Assembly: GCF_004010195.1 (NCBI RefSeq)
Contig: NC_057756.1
Span: 275,401-339,400, forward strand
DNA: 64,000 nt
DNA from: Chiloscyllium plagiosum
Taxonomy: Eukaryota
Reading direction: 5' to 3'
In this document: positions 25,440 to 39,299 of the stretch, one piece after another
How the letters are laid out: the number at the start of each line of letters is the position of its first letter
How positions within the stretch are numbered: the stretch's first letter is position 1
The notes under the pieces: generated by a model
Told to the model about the DNA's origin: nothing
What the model saw: only the letters and a program-made list of their open reading frames with translations
Database searches by the model: none
Program-made: the position numbers and the translations under genes

Positions 25440-25640
25440 CAGCCCTGTAATAATGCAAACTAATCTTCTGTCCATCGACTCAATCTATATGTCCCACTGT
25501 CTTGGGAAGCAAGTAATAAAGAAATCCCTTCCCACCCGATTAAACTTTCTTCCACCATCTCCCGTCGGGCAGAAGATATAAAAGTTTGAGTACACATGCA
25601 CATCGATTGAAGAACAGCTTTGTCTCTGCTTTTATCAGAC
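25440..25640 (+). mobile_element. Rex1/Babar-like LINE 3' fragment
   Basis: LLSIDSIYMSHCLGK..PSHP..PSGRRY..HRLKNSF-like degenerate C-terminus. Confidence 0.55.
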
Positions 25641-26470
25641 TTTACAGATCTTTCTCACTCTCTGCAATAACACTGTATTACACATTCTTACTGTACTTTG
25701 TCTGGTATGATCTGACCGAAAAGCTACCCTGTTCACTGTTTCTCTATGCGTGCAACAATAATACAACAAAGCAAAAAAAATTGTAAGAATACAAGGTATG
25801 GTTGAGAAAATTACAGACCACACAAAGCACGGGTAGGAAAGAAATTTCTGATGAAGGCCAAGGGGACTGCTAAAAGGGATGCAGATAAATCGTGAGAGAG
25901 CACAAAGGTGCTGAAAATGTGCAACTTCCCATTCTGGTAGAAGGACATGTTAACAAAGTGCCAGAGGGGATGGCAGACTGGGCGCTGCACTGCCTTAGGG
26001 TCTGTACTCAGCTCTTTAATAATTCACTGGCCACAGGTGAAGTGCCAGATGACTGGAAGATAGCTAATGTAGTTCCTTTGTTCAATAAGAACTGCAGGGT
26101 TAGGCTGGGTCATTACAGACTAGTTAGTCTGACACCAGTGCTCAGGAAACTATTGGAAAGTGTTCTGAAGAATGGGATTAATCAATACCAGGATAGGCAG
26201 GAATAGATCTGGAATAATATGCCAGGATTTGCGAGAGGGTGATCTTGAATTTAGTTTTTTGAAAAGATGACTGTATCTATTGATGGGAGTATTGCAGTTG
26301 ATGAGGCTTGCATAGACTTCAGTAAGGCCTTGGACAAGGTCCCACTTGAAAGGGCTGGTTCAAAAGGTAAAACGCATGGGATCCAAGGCAAATTGGCAAA
26401 CCAGGTCTAAAACTGGCTTCGAAGTGGGAGGTAAAGCTGACAGTGATGGGATGCTTTTGTGATTGGAATC

Positions 26471-26813
26471 CTAGCTTCTAACCTCCAGTAACTCGATCCC
26501 CTGATCTGTCCGGACTTGTCCGACCTGCCCAGCTCCTTTTCCACCTATCCACTCCACCCTCTCCTCCCTGACCTATCACCTTCATCTCCTTCCCCACTGA
26601 CCTATTGTACTCTATGCCACTCTCTCCCCACCCCCACCCTCCTCTAGCTTATCTCTCCACGCTTCAGGCTCTCTGCCTTTATTCCTGATGAAGGGCTTTT
26701 GCCCGAAACGTCGATTTTGCCTGTCCTCGGATGCTGCCTGAATTGCTGTGCTCTTCCAGCACCACTGATCCAGAATCTGGTTTCCAGCATCTGCAGTCAT
26801 TGTTTTTACCTCA
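26471..26813 (+). mobile_element. PLE terminal fragment with hammerhead core
   Basis: CCTGATGAAGGGCTTTTGCCCGAAACGTCGA at 26684-26714. Absent from the paralog at ~6695. Confidence 0.85.
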
Positions 26814-27035
26814 CCTTTTAGCCTGCGACCAGCAGTCTACCACAGGGCTCAGTGCTGGAACACTTACTATTTGTCATGCACATTAATGACTTGGATGTGA
26901 ATGTCGAAGGTATAATTACTAATTTTACAGATGACATAAAAATAGGTGTTTGTGAGGAGGATGGTCTCAGAATATTTATCAGCAAGTAAATTGGGCAGAG
27001 GAATATCAGATGGAATTTAATTCAGATAAGAGTGA

Positions 27036-27758
27036 TGTGAGAATGAAGCTCATTCACTTCAGTAATTTCAGTCAGAGACAAGATCTGAATCAGTAGTGTC
27101 ATTTATTTCACTCTTGCAAGAGGGGTGTGGTGTCTACTGTGTACAAAGGCAGTCACACACACACACACACAGAGTTCAACTAGTACATAATTTATGTAAT
27201 TTGTTTCCCTTCTCTTCTCCCATTGCTCCTCCCCTGTTTACAACTCCCACTTCTCTAAGACCGGCGCCCATTACTCTTGTTTATCTCTTGGCTTACCCGG
27301 CCCTGTCTGTGACAAAATGCTTATGCCTGGCCTCACAAGGCCGTTTGACCACCTCCCTCTGTGGTACATTGTTAGGTATATCCTCCTTCATGATCATCCA
27401 TTTCCCTTACTTATTATGACCTTATGACCTCATGACTTCTTGATTGTGGTTTGTTCTTGTTTTTGCAGAAGCAGGAACTAGATGCTTATAACTACTGTTT
27501 GTACAAGCATATCTAGCTTAACCCCCCCTCCCCTCACAGCACCTATTTGTCTGTAACATCTACCTTTGTTTGCAGGCACATTGCATTCTTGCATGCACAT
27601 TTTAGCTAATACAAAAACAATTATGTATTTCCTTCACATTGTTTTCATTCTTGTTGACTCAGCTCTTGGCTGAAACAATTACACACTGGTGTGAGTTCAT
27701 TTACCTTGCATAAGTCATTATGATTGCAGAAGTAACACTACTTTACCTATATCCCACA
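27036..27758 (-). mobile_element. Solo LTR
   Basis: TGTGAGA...TCCCACA ends; 4-bp TSD GTGA (27032-27035, 27759-27762); empty site in the paralog at ~6915; minus-strand AATAAA at ~27102. Confidence 0.85.
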
Positions 27759-29869
27759 GTGAGATGATGCATTTTGGAATGTCTACTAAGGGAAGTATGT
27801 ACATAATGAACAGTAGGTTCCCAGGGAGTACTAAGAAACAAAGTGCCCTTGGTGTCTTAGTCCATGAATTCCTGATGTGTCAATGCAGGTAGACAGGATG
27901 GCATACAGAAGGATTCTATACTGCTGGGCATAGAACACAGGAGTGAGGAAGCCTTGTTACATTTTTATAAAGCATTAGTTAGGCCACAGATGGAATACTG
28001 TGCAGTGGTGGTCACCATACATTGCAAGAATGTGATTGTACTGGAGAGGGTGCAGAAAAGGTTCACCAGGATGTTGCCGAGGATGAAAAGCTTCAGTTAT
28101 GTGGAGAGACTTGGTAGGCTGGGTTTGTTTTTCTGTGGAGCATAGGAGGATGGGTGCAGCTCTAACAACACTCAGCAATCTTGATATCAACTTGATGGGT
28201 ATCACATCCACAAACATTCATTCCTCTAGCACCAATGCTCAGTTGCAGCAGTGTGTACCATCTTCAAGATGCACTGCAGTAACTCACCAAGGTTCCTCAT
28301 ATAGCACCTTGCAAACCTATGACCACTACTGCCCAAAATGACCACAGCAGTGCTGTTGGAGGGAATTAGATGAATCAAGTCTCCAATCTAAGTGGAACAT
28401 AACAAGGCAGCCTTTATTCAAATGTGTATCGATACAGCGTGGGAGAGGCCACAGAGTCAAACTCCAAGACACACTGTCCCCACTTACAGGTCAAAACAAG
28501 GTACTTGTAACCATTGCGATGCAGATATGTACATATGGCATTGGTATAAAATGAACTAAATATCAGTACTTCACTGTTGAAACAAAATGCAGTCATTTAC
28601 TTGCATGGTGCTGAGTCTCCTAATTCCAACAGGACAACTGTGGACAGTTCTGGCTGCCCTGCAATAGGAAGGATATTATTAAAATCAGAAAAAGGTGCAG
28701 AAAAGATTTGCAAGGATGTTATAAGGACTGGAGGGTTTAAGTTATAAGCAGAGGCTAGATGCACTGGCACTTTCACCCCCCCCCCCCCCACTGGACAGAT
28801 CTTTTCCTGAGGGTGACAGAGTTCAAAACTACAGGGCATATTTTTAAGGTGAGAGGGGAAAGATTCAAAAGGGGCCTGAGGGGCAACTGTTTTCACAAAG
28901 ACAATGGGTCATCTGTGGGTTAAACTGCTGAGGAAGTGATGGATGCAGGTAGAGTTACAACATTTCAAAGAGCTTTGGACCAGCTTGGATATTTTTGGAC
29001 ACCAATAGGAAAGGCTTCGAGGGACGTGGGCCAAACATAGGCAAATGGGACTAGTTTAGTTTGGCAAACCGTTGGATTGAAGGGACTGTTTCCATGTTGT
29101 ATGACTCTGACTTGATGACTCTGTCTTCAGAGCTTATCTGCCCCCACCATCTGCTCATAACGCCCAAGCCTTTCCTTATGATCAATACTTGTAAGACCAC
29201 AAATATAAAGTATTTAAATTATTTCAATGATAATATAGAAGACATGGACAGTAAGTTTGCAGACCACACCAAATTTGGTGGTATTGTGAACAGTGAAAAA
29301 GGTTATCAAAGATTACAAAGACATCTTGATCAATTGGGTCAATGTGCTGAGGATAGAATTTAATTGGTTATGTATTTTGATAAAACACACAAAGGCAAGA
29401 CTTATACAACCAGTCCACGCTGACCATATTCCCAAACTAAACTACTCTCACCTGCTTGCACTTGACCCAAACCTTTCCTATTCATGAACTTATTTCAATG
29501 TCTTTTAAATGTTCTAACTGTTCTAACATCCACCACTTACCATAGCAGTTCCTTCCACTTCTGTGGAAAAATGTGCCTCCATTTCCCTTCTAAATCTTTC
29601 TCCTCACACCTTCCAACATATGCTCCCTTGTCTTGAAATCCCGCACCCTAGTGAAAAGATACCTGCCATTCACCCTCTCTAAAAAGGTCACCCCTCAACC
29701 TCCAATGCTCCAGTGAAGAAAATCCCAGCCAATCCAGGCTCTCCTTATGACTCAAACCCTCCATTCCCAGCAATATCCTGGCAAATCTTTTCTGAACCCT
29801 CTCCAGCTTGAGCATATCCTTCCTACAACAAGGTGATGTGCAATACTAATGATATTTTACAGCTACTAT

Positions 29870-30160
29870 GCCCTCAGGAGACTGACTGGGTGGATTTTGC
29901 ACAGTCTCCCTGCATCTGCATGGACTTCCTCAGGGTGCTCCAGTTTCCTCCCACAGTCCAAAGCTGTATAGATTAGGTGGATCGGCCATGATAAGTTGAC
30001 CCTTTGCGTCCCAGGTACATGCAGGCTATATGGATTAGCCATGGGAAGTTTAGGGATAAAGGAATAGGGTGGGGATGTGGGTCTGAGGGGATTGCTTGTC
30101 AGAGGGGCAGTATGGACTTGATGGGTCACATAGCCTGCTTCCAGACTGTAGGAATTCAAC
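29870..30160 (+). mobile_element. Degenerate HE1-like SINE
   Basis: TTTGCACAGTCTCCC..GGGTGCTCCAGTTTCCTCCCACAGTCCAAAG core. Confidence 0.7.
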
Positions 30161-30775
30161 GATTCAGAAGCTCTTCACCTGTTTAATTCCAGCTTCTCAA
30201 TGCCTTAGGTAACCCATTGATCATCAATCCTTTAATGTTTAGCTAATCAATTAGCATATTAAAGCCAACCTCCCGACTATCATTTCTACCAACCCTCCAC
30301 GGTTTACCATGCTGTCCTGTAAGATTCTCCCCAAATTTTCTCTAAAGGTTTTTGTCATCTGAGTTAGTACCTCATCATGTGGTTCAGTGGCACACTTTAC
30401 ATTATCATGCTAAAGTGAATTGTTTTGGGGTGTTTCATTCAGCTAAATTCCTCCCTGCTATTTCAACTGAAACAGAACCATATGGAAACAGAAGGTGTCA
30501 CCTTGAGCTGAGTATTGTAATTCCTGGCCAAGGTGACAGAATCAATGATACGCAACCAGTCTTTATTGCATATGCCAACACGAGTGCCCACCGTCGACAC
30601 TGGCCTGCATTCACTGGCTGGTACCATGACTGCTCTGTGCCCACAATGGTGTAGGTAACCAAAGGTGACACTGAGCTCCACCCAATTGGATGACGCCGAC
30701 ATGTCTCACGGTGTGGAGCCATGAGGAAAGCAGCTGACCCTCAATTTGAAAGTAGTTCTCCCAGATACTCATACA

Positions 30776-33700
30776 TATGTACAGCACAGAAACAGACCCT
30801 TCGGTCCAACCTGTCCATGCCGACCAGATATCCCAACCCAATCTATTCCCACCTGCCAGTAACCGCCCATATCCATCCAAACCCTTCCTAATCATATACC
30901 CATCCAAATGCTTCTTAAAATGTTGCAATTGTACCAGCCTCCACCACTCCTCTGGCAGCTCATTTCATACACGTGCCACCCTCTGCATGAAAATGTTGCC
31001 CCTTAGGTCTCTTTTGTATCTTTCCCCTCTCACCCTAAACCTATGCCCTCTAGTTCTGGACTCGCCAACCCCAGGGAGAAGACTTTGCCAATTTACCCTA
31101 TCCATGCCCCTCAATTTCGTAAACCCCTCAGCCTCCGACACTCCAGGGAAAATAGCCCCAGCTTGTTCAGCCTCTCCCTATAGCTCAAACCCTCCAACCC
31201 TGGCAACTTCCTTGTAAATCTCCTCTGAAACCTTTCAGGTTTCACAACATCTTTCCGATAGGAAGGAGACCAAAATTGCCCGCAATATTCCAACAGTGGC
31301 CTAACCAATGTCCTGTACAGCCGCAACATAACCTCCCAACTCCTGTACTCAATACTCTGACCAATAAAGGAAAGCATACCAAACGCCGCCTTCACTATCC
31401 TATCTACCTAACGACGCCACTTTCAAGGAGCTATGAACCTGCTCACCAAAGATCTCTTTATTGAAGAACACTCCCTCGGACCTTACATTAAGGTGTATAA
31501 GTCCTGTTAAGATTTGCTTTCCCAAAATGCAGGACCTCACATTTATCTCAATTGAACTCCATCTGCCACTTCTCAGCCCATTGGTCCATCTGATCAAGAT
31601 CCTGTTGTAATCGGAGGTCACTGTCCACTACACCTCCAATTTCAGTGTCATCTGCAAAGTTACTAACTGTACCTCTTATGCTTGCATCCAAATCATTTAT
31701 GTAAATGACAAAAAGTAGAGGACCCAGCACTGATCTTTGTCTGAAAAACAACCCTCCACCACCATCACCCTCTCTTCTACCTTTGAGCCAGTTCTGTATC
31801 CAAATGGCTAGTTCTCTCTGTATTCCATAAGATCTAACCTTGCTAATCAGTATCCCATGGGGAACCTTGTCAAACACCTTACTGAAGTCCATATAGATCA
31901 CATCTACCGCTCTGCCCTCATCAATCCTCTTTGTTACTTCCTCAAAAAACTCAACCAAGTTTGTGAGACATGATTTCCTATGCACAAAACCATGTTAACT
32001 ATCCCTAATCAGTCCTTGCCTTTCCAAATGAATGTACATCCCATCCCTCAGGATTCCCTCCAAACTTGCCCACCACCGACAACAGGCTCACAGGTCTAAA
32101 ACTCCCTGGCTTGTCCTTACCACCCTTCTTAAACAGTGGCACCACGTTAGCCAACCTCCAGTCTTCTGGCATCTCACCTGTGACTATCAATGATACAAAT
32201 ATCACAGCAAGAGGCCCAGCAACCACTTCTTTAGCTTCCCACAGAGTTCTTGGGTGCCACCTGATCAGGTCCTAGGGATTTATCCATCTTTATGCATTTC
32301 AAGACATCCAGCACTTCCTCCTCTGTAATATGGACATTTTGCAAGATGTCACCATCTATTTCCCTACAGTCTATATCTTCCATATCCTTTTCCACATTAA
32401 ATACTAATAGCAAAATACTCGTGTAGTATCCCCCCCATTTTCTGTGGCATCACACAAAGGACGTCTTGCTGATCTTTCAGGAGCCCTATTCTCCCCCTAG
32501 TTACCCTTTTGTCCTTAATATATTTGTTAAAGCTCTTTGGATTCTTCTTAATTCTATTTGCCAAAGCTATCTCATGTCCCTTTTTGCCCTCCTGATTTTC
32601 CTCTTAAGTATACACCTACTTCCTTTATATTCTTCTAAGGATTCACTCGATCTATCCTGTCTGTACCTTACATATGCTTCCTTCTTTTTCGTAATCAAAC
32701 CCTCAATTTCTTTAGTCTTCCAGCATTCCCTATACCTACCAGCCTTTCCTTTCACCCTAACAGGAATATACTTTCTCTGAATTCTTGTTATCTCTTTTCT
32801 GAAGGCTTCCCATTTTCCAGCCGTCCCTTTACCTGTGAACATCTGCCCCAATCAGCTTTCGAAAGTTCTTGTCAAATACCGTCAAAATTAGCCTTTCTCC
32901 AATTTCAAACTTCAACTTTTAGATCTGGTCTATCCTTTCCCATCATTATTTTAAATCTAATAGAATTATGTTGCTGACCCCAAAGTGCTCCCCCACTGAC
33001 ACCTCCTCAGTCACCTGCCCTGCCTTATTTCCCCAAGATTAGGTCAAGTTTTGCACCTTCTCAAGTTGATACATCCACATACTGAATCAGAAACCTTTCT
33101 TGTACTCACTTGACAAATTCCTCTCCATCTGAACCCTTAACACTATGGCAGTCCCAGTTGATGTTTGGAAAGTTAAAATCCCCTACCATAACTATCCTAT
33201 TATTCTTACAGATAGCTGAGATCTCCTTACAAGTTTGTTTCTCAATTTCCCTCTGACTATTAGAGGGTCTATAATACAATCCCAATAAGGTGATCATCCC
33301 TTTCTTATTTCTCAGCTCCACCCAAATAACTTCCCTGGATGTATTTCCAGGAATGTCCTCCCTCAGCACAGTTGTAATGCTATCCCTTATCAAAAATGCC
33401 ACTCCCCCTCGTCTCTTGCCTCCCTTTCTATCCTACCTGTAGCATTTGTTTCCTGGAACATTAAGCTGCCAATCCTGCCCAACCCTGAGCCATGTTCCTG
33501 TAATTGCTATGATATCCCAGTCCCATGTTCCTAACCATAACCTGAGTTCATCTGCCTTCCCTGTTAGGCCCCTTGTATTGAAATAAATGCAGTTTAATTT
33601 ATTAGTCCTACCTTGTCCCTGCCTGCCNNNNNNNNNNNNNNNNNNNNNNNNNNNNNNNNNNNNNNNNNNNNNNNNNNNNNNNNNNNNNNNNNNNNNNNNN

Positions 33701-35570
33701 NNNNNNNNNNNNNNNNNNNNNNNNNNNNNNNNNNNNNNNNNNNNNNNNNNNNNNNNNNNNNNNNNNNNNNNNNNNNNNNNNNNNNNNNNNNNNNNNNNNN
33801 NNNNNNNNNNNNNNNNNNNNNNNNNNNNNNNNNNNNNNNNNNNNNNNNNNNNNNNNNNNNNNNNNNNNNNNNNNNNNNNNNNNNNNNNNNNNNNNNNNNN
33901 NNNNNNNNNNNNNNNNNNNNNNNNNNNNNNNNNNNNNNNNNNNNNNNNNNNNNNNNNNNNNNNNNNNNNNNNNNNNNNNNNNNNNNNNNNNNNNNNNNNN
34001 NNNNNNNNNNNNNNNNNNNNNNNNNNNNNNNNNNNNNNNNNNNNNNNNNNNNNNNNNNNNNNNNCCCCCCACCTTACTAGTTTAAATCCTCCCAAGCAGT
34101 TCTAGCAAATTTCCCTGCCAGTATATTAGTCCCCTTCCAATTTAGGTGCAATTCATCCTTCCTGTAGAGGTCACTTCTTCCCCAAAAGAGGTTCCAATGA
34201 TCCAAATATGTGAATCCTTCTCCCATACACCAGCTCCTCAGCCATGCATTCATCTGCTCTATCCTCCTATTCCTGCCCTCACTAGCTCGTAGCACTGGGA
34301 GTAATCCAGATATTACTACCCTTGAGGACCTCCTTTTTAAATTTCTGCCTAACTCTAATCTCCCTTCAGAATCTCAACCTTTTCCCTTCCTAAGTCGTTG
34401 GTTCCAAAGTGGACAATGACTACTTGCTGGCCCCTCTCCCCCGTGAGAACATTCGGCACCCTCTGAGACATCCTTGATCCTGGCACCAGCAAAGCAACAC
34501 ACCATTCTGCTTTTCCTCTGCTGGCCACAGAAACATCTGTCTATACCTCAGACTACAGGATCCCCTAACACAATTGATCTCTTGGAACCAGGCATACCCC
34601 TCATTGCATTAGAGCCAGACTCCATACTAGAAACTTGACTTTTCGAGCAACGTTCCCCTGAGAATCCATCACCCCTGACATTTTCTAAAAGCAGCATACC
34701 TGTTTGAAGTGGGTGTATCCACAAAAGACTCTTGCACTAGCTGCCTACCTCTCTTACCATACATCTATATGACTGTATCTGAGACTGCCCCCCCTTCCTA
34801 TAACTGCCATCCATCACATTCTGTTGCTGTTGCAAATTCCTCATTGCTTCTAACTGTCTCTCCAATCAATCCATTCGATCTGATAAGATTCGCAGCCAGC
34901 AGCATTTATGCCTGATATAATCCGCAGTAACCCTTAAACTCTCTAAACTCCCACATCTGACAAGAAGTACATATCACTGTACTCAAGGCCATTTTTGCTC
35001 CTTCACAATCTACAGACCCAGAAAATAACACCGTCTTATTCCTCTACAAAACACTGCCCTAGGTTAAATTAACAGTTATGGCTTAAGTTTAATCAAGAGA
35101 CATATCTCCAAAAACACAATCAAGAAAGAACCTACTCTACTTACTACTGCAGATTCTCTGTAGGCCACACTTAAAGCAACGATCAACTTATCTGATTCTG
35201 TGCTGTGAACTTCGCCCAACAGTTCCTCCAAGATCAGTTGTAAATTTCACTGTTTGAAAGCTTTCCCAGACGCACTCCGATGTCCAGCAATACACTAATT
35301 AAAACAAAGGCAGCAACTGTGCAGGTTCTCTCTCTCTTCTGCAATGACCTCACCATGCGCTTCCTTTGTCTGTTCTTCTCCATTTTAAAACTGCTGTTGT
35401 TTTGACTTTATTTTTTCAAAGGTCGAAAACAATACAACAGCATATAAAACAGTCATTGCTGCTCCTGCAATTCGAGGAAATCACCTCCAACACCTAAAAT
35501 ACCTCAAAAAAAAATCAGCTGTTACAGCCAGAAATTTTTCCCGTCCTCAAACTTGGATTACCCAGAATCC
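30776..35570 (-). mobile_element. Near full-length CR1/HER1 LINE (5'UTR, ORF1 esterase, APE, RT, 3' end), degenerate
   Basis: ELHLNWKGTNILA (ORF1), CIYFNTRG..AITGTWL and GDFNFPNINW (APE), YMDFSKVFD and FADD (RT). 5'UTR homologous to 38470-39290. Confidence 0.95.
33628..34064. other. Assembly gap (437 N)
   Basis: N run. Confidence 1.
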
Positions 35571-35696
35571 TTTTCCCTCTCCAATGATTTGATATTACAA
35601 TATCTATCCAATGGATGTCATTCATACGAAGCTTCTCATCACATGCCTTGTTTATGTCAAGGGTCGATTTTAATTAGACTGTCTGATGGCTTTCCT

Positions 35697-36307
35697 GCAC
35701 CTCCACACACATCATTTATTGCATCCGCTGCACCCGATGTGGCCTCCTCTATATTGGGGAGACAGGCCGCCTACTTGCGGAACGTTTCAAAGAACACCTC
35801 TGGGACACCCGGACCAACCAACCCAACCACCCCGTGGCTCAACACTTCAACTCCCCCTCCCACTCCACCAAGGACATGCAGGTCCTTGGACTCCTCCATC
35901 GCCAGACCATAGCAACATGATGTTTGGAGGAAGAGCGCTTCATCTTCCGCCTAGGAACCCTCCAACCACCAGGGATGAACTCAGATTTCTCCAGTTTCCT
36001 CATTTCCCCTCCCCCCACCATGTCTCAGTCAAATCCCTCGAACTCAGCACCGCCTTCCTAATCTGCAATCTTCTTCCTGACATCTCCGCCCCCACCCCCA
36101 CTCCGGCCAATCACCCTCACCTCGATCTCCTTCCACCTATCACATTTCCAACGCCCCTCCCCCAAGTCCCTCCTCCCTACCTTTTATCTTAGCCTGCTTG
36201 GCACACTTTCCTCATTCCTGAAGAAAGGCTCATGCCCGAAACGTCGATTCTCCTGCTCCTTGGATGCTGCCTGACCTGCTGCGCTTTTCCAGCAACACAT
36301 TTTCAGC
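35697..36307 (+). mobile_element. Neptune-type PLE fragment (GIY-YIG plus terminus with hammerhead core)
   Basis: CTSTHIIYCIRCTRCGLLYIGETGRLLAERF. 15-bp TSD TCTGATGGCTTTCCT at 35682-35696 and 36308-36322. Confidence 0.88.
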
Positions 36308-38101
36308 TCTGATGGCTTTCCTATCCAATACAAAGTCGAGCTATTCAGAACATGTACCTAAAAACACGTTGTAAGTGCGAAGTCTGGTTTGTAAAAATAC
36401 AACAGGAATGGGAAGTGAATTTTTTTACTGAATTGGAGGCAGAAACATTGTGAGAAGAGGGAAGTGAAGTGAGATAACTTGGACTCTTGCTGCAGGAGCC
36501 CATTTTCTGTGAACTACTGATAAGGGTCATTAGTTTCGTTTCTTGCCAAGTTTCATGTTGAGTTGGAACATTCCAGCATTGAGACACACCCTGTTTATGT
36601 ATTTTCAGTGGCTCGGAGATGAGGAATGTTCCCAGGCAGTTGCTTGGCTCAGAAAAGGTTTTTTTTTTAAAAACAAACTGAGCTCTGGGAAATAAAAAGT
36701 ACCTTGAACCAAACTCTGTCAACAATACCATCCTTCCTCTCTTAAGGCTGTTCCTAAGGTTTTTCTCTGAAAGACCTTAGGTGATCCACGTGGATTATTC
36801 TGACAATCAACAACAGCTCTCATTTACTCCCAGGGAGCAGGAGTCATTTCCTGAAATGAATCGATGGTTTTGTTTCCTTGTTTGCCTCATTGTTCAATCC
36901 TTGTGACTCTTTCGTCAGATTAAAAACTGGAACTTCAGCACTGTTTTCTCACTCTCTCCACAGATGCTGAATTGCTCCAGCAAATCCTGTCTGTCTTCGT
37001 TTCATATCGCCACTGTCCCTTATAAAATTTTAAGAAATTGTTTCCTTTGCGTATGGGGCTTTCTAAATGAAAAGTCCACTGACCCCACTCTCCAGCAGTT
37101 CTAACCAATCTAAGACTTGGGACAAATTCTACCCTGGTTTAGAGTGGGAGAAATGGGAATAAAGAGGTGAATGTAAGTTTACATAGAAGCGTACCCCATT
37201 CTTTTGAGCTTCTCACCAAGAGGAAGGGCATTCTGTCATCATCGATCCCATCAAGGCATTTGTTTCAGCTCTGTGGGGAAACAGGTCATCACCACACCAA
37301 GAGTCAACCAAATAAAGCTCCTCTGAACTGCTTCTAACACAAGAATATCCTTTCTTTAGAAAGGAGACCCAAACTGCAATGCAGAGCCTCAAGTGTAGGT
37401 TCACGAGAGGAGACCTGGCAGCATCAGCAGTATCAGTGATATGGGCCCAAAGTGGACTCCTGCAGCAGCGGAGTCGGGTTTGGGCTGGTGCGGTACCATC
37501 TACATTGGTGAGGTCCATCGAGGAATCAGTGTCAAGGGCATCGATGGAGGTGAGATGGCACAGAAGAGTGGGCAATCTTCACTCCAGCAGCAGAGGGGAC
37601 TCATGCCTGACCACCAGGCCCATGGCCCAGTACTTAACAAGGAGATTGGACCCCTTCTCGCAGAGTCCTTTAAAGAACAAAAACTTTCAACTTAACAAGG
37701 ACTATAAAGATGAACACCAGGTCTTTATTTTTCTGCCTTTATACTCTTTATTTTGCTTTATTTCTCAGAGTTCTAAGAAGTCACGGAAGCCACATGGAGG
37801 CACTGAATAGGCTGAGGCTATTTTCTCTGGAGCATCAGACGCCAGAGGAGGTTTATAAAATCATGAGGTGCATGGATAGGGTGAATAGCCCAGGTAGAGG
37901 AGCCCAGAACCAGAGGGCATGGCTTTAGGTGGAGCAGGGAACATTAGCAGTAAGCTTTTCATGCAGAGGGTGGCACGCGTATGGAGTGAGCAGCCAGAGG
38001 AAGTGGACGAGGCTGGTACAATTACACTAGTTAGAAAGAAATTTGGATGGGTATATGAACAGGAAGGGTTGAGGGGGGATGTAGGCCAAAAGCTGGAAAA
38101 T
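36308..38101 (+). repeat. Segmental duplication copy B, part 2 (paralog of 8822-10650)
   Basis: Collinear high similarity, e.g. CTGATGGCTTTCCTATCCAATAC and CATTGAGACACAC blocks. Confidence 0.9.
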
Positions 38102-38469
38102 GTATTCATGTACTTGAGTCCAAATCTAAATCCAACCCAAAAAAGAAACAAACAGAAAGGATGGCGCTGACAACTTTTGTAGCAGTGCCATACAGGAATT
38201 AATGCAGTGTCGTTATCAATTAACATTGGACAGAATGGTTTTGATTCATTGTCATGACTGAAAGAAGTCAAAAGATAACTTCTTCATCATCACCAAACAT
38301 CTTCATCACCCACAAGAAACCACTGGAGAAACTCAGCAGGTTAGGCAGTGTCTCTCTGGTACAGAGAGAAACAGAATTAATGTTTCAAATCCAGCATCTC
38401 ATCTTCAGAATGCCACCCTGATTTGGAAATATATTGCTGTTCCTTCACCGTGACTGGGCCAAAATCACA

Positions 38470-39290
38470 TACTGTTGCTGTTGCAAATTCCTCATCACTT
38501 CTCTCTGGTCTCTCCAACCGATCCAGGTCAATCTGATAAGATTTGCATCCAACAGCATTTATTGCAGTGATAATCCGCTGTAAGTTTTAAACTCTCTTTA
38601 AACTCCCACATCTGACAAGAAGTACATATCACTGCAAAGGCCATTTTTGCTCCTTCACAATCTACAGACCCAGGAATAACACCATCTTATTCCTCTACAA
38701 AACACTGACCCAGGTTAAATTAATAGCTATGGCTCATATTTTAAGTTTAATCAAGAGACTTATCTCCAAAAACATATAATCAAGAAAGAACCCACTGTAC
38801 TCACTAATACAGTCTTTCTCTTGGTCAGACTTAAAACAACAATTAACTTATCTGATTCTGTGTTGTGAACTTCGCCCAAACCGGATCCTTCAAGATTAGT
38901 TGTGAAATTCACTGTTTGTTAATTTTCCCAGACGCACTCCGACGTCCAGCGACACATGAATTCAAAAACAGCAAAGGCAGTAACTGTGCAGGTGTTCTCT
39001 CTCTCTCTGTCTCTGTCTCCATCTCTGTCTCTCTCTGTCTCTCTCTCTGTCTCTCTCTCCTGCACTGTCCTCACCATGTGCTTCCTTTGTCTGCTCTTCT
39101 CCCTTTTAAAACTGCTGTTGTTTTGACTTTTTTTTCCCAAAGTTCCAAAACAATGCAACAGCATATAAAACAGTAATTGCTGCTCCTGGAATTCGAGGAA
39201 GTCACCTCCAACACCTAAAATACCTCAAAACAAGGAGCAGCTCTTACAGCCAGAAATTTTTCCCATCCTCCATCTTGGATTACCCAGAAT
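38470..39290 (-). mobile_element. CR1 5'UTR / ORF1-start fragment
   Basis: Homologous to 34820-35570, including the terminal GGATTCTGGGTAATCCAAG. Confidence 0.85.
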
Positions 39291-39299
39291 CCTCATTTC

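Larger units (their letters stand above)
25970..28880 (+). repeat. Segmental duplication copy B, part 1 (paralog of 6190-8825)
   Basis: Shared junctions and collinearity, with extra insertions at 26471-26813 and 27036-27758. Confidence 0.9.

Noticed and set aside
33433..34105. Long ORFs of 154-220 aa
   Set aside because: They span the N gap; the real flanks are CR1 ORF1/ORF2.
38110..38300. Short coding-like frames upstream of the viral fossil (also 40871-41178 downstream)
   Set aside because: No recognisable motif links them to viral or host proteins, and they contain stops.
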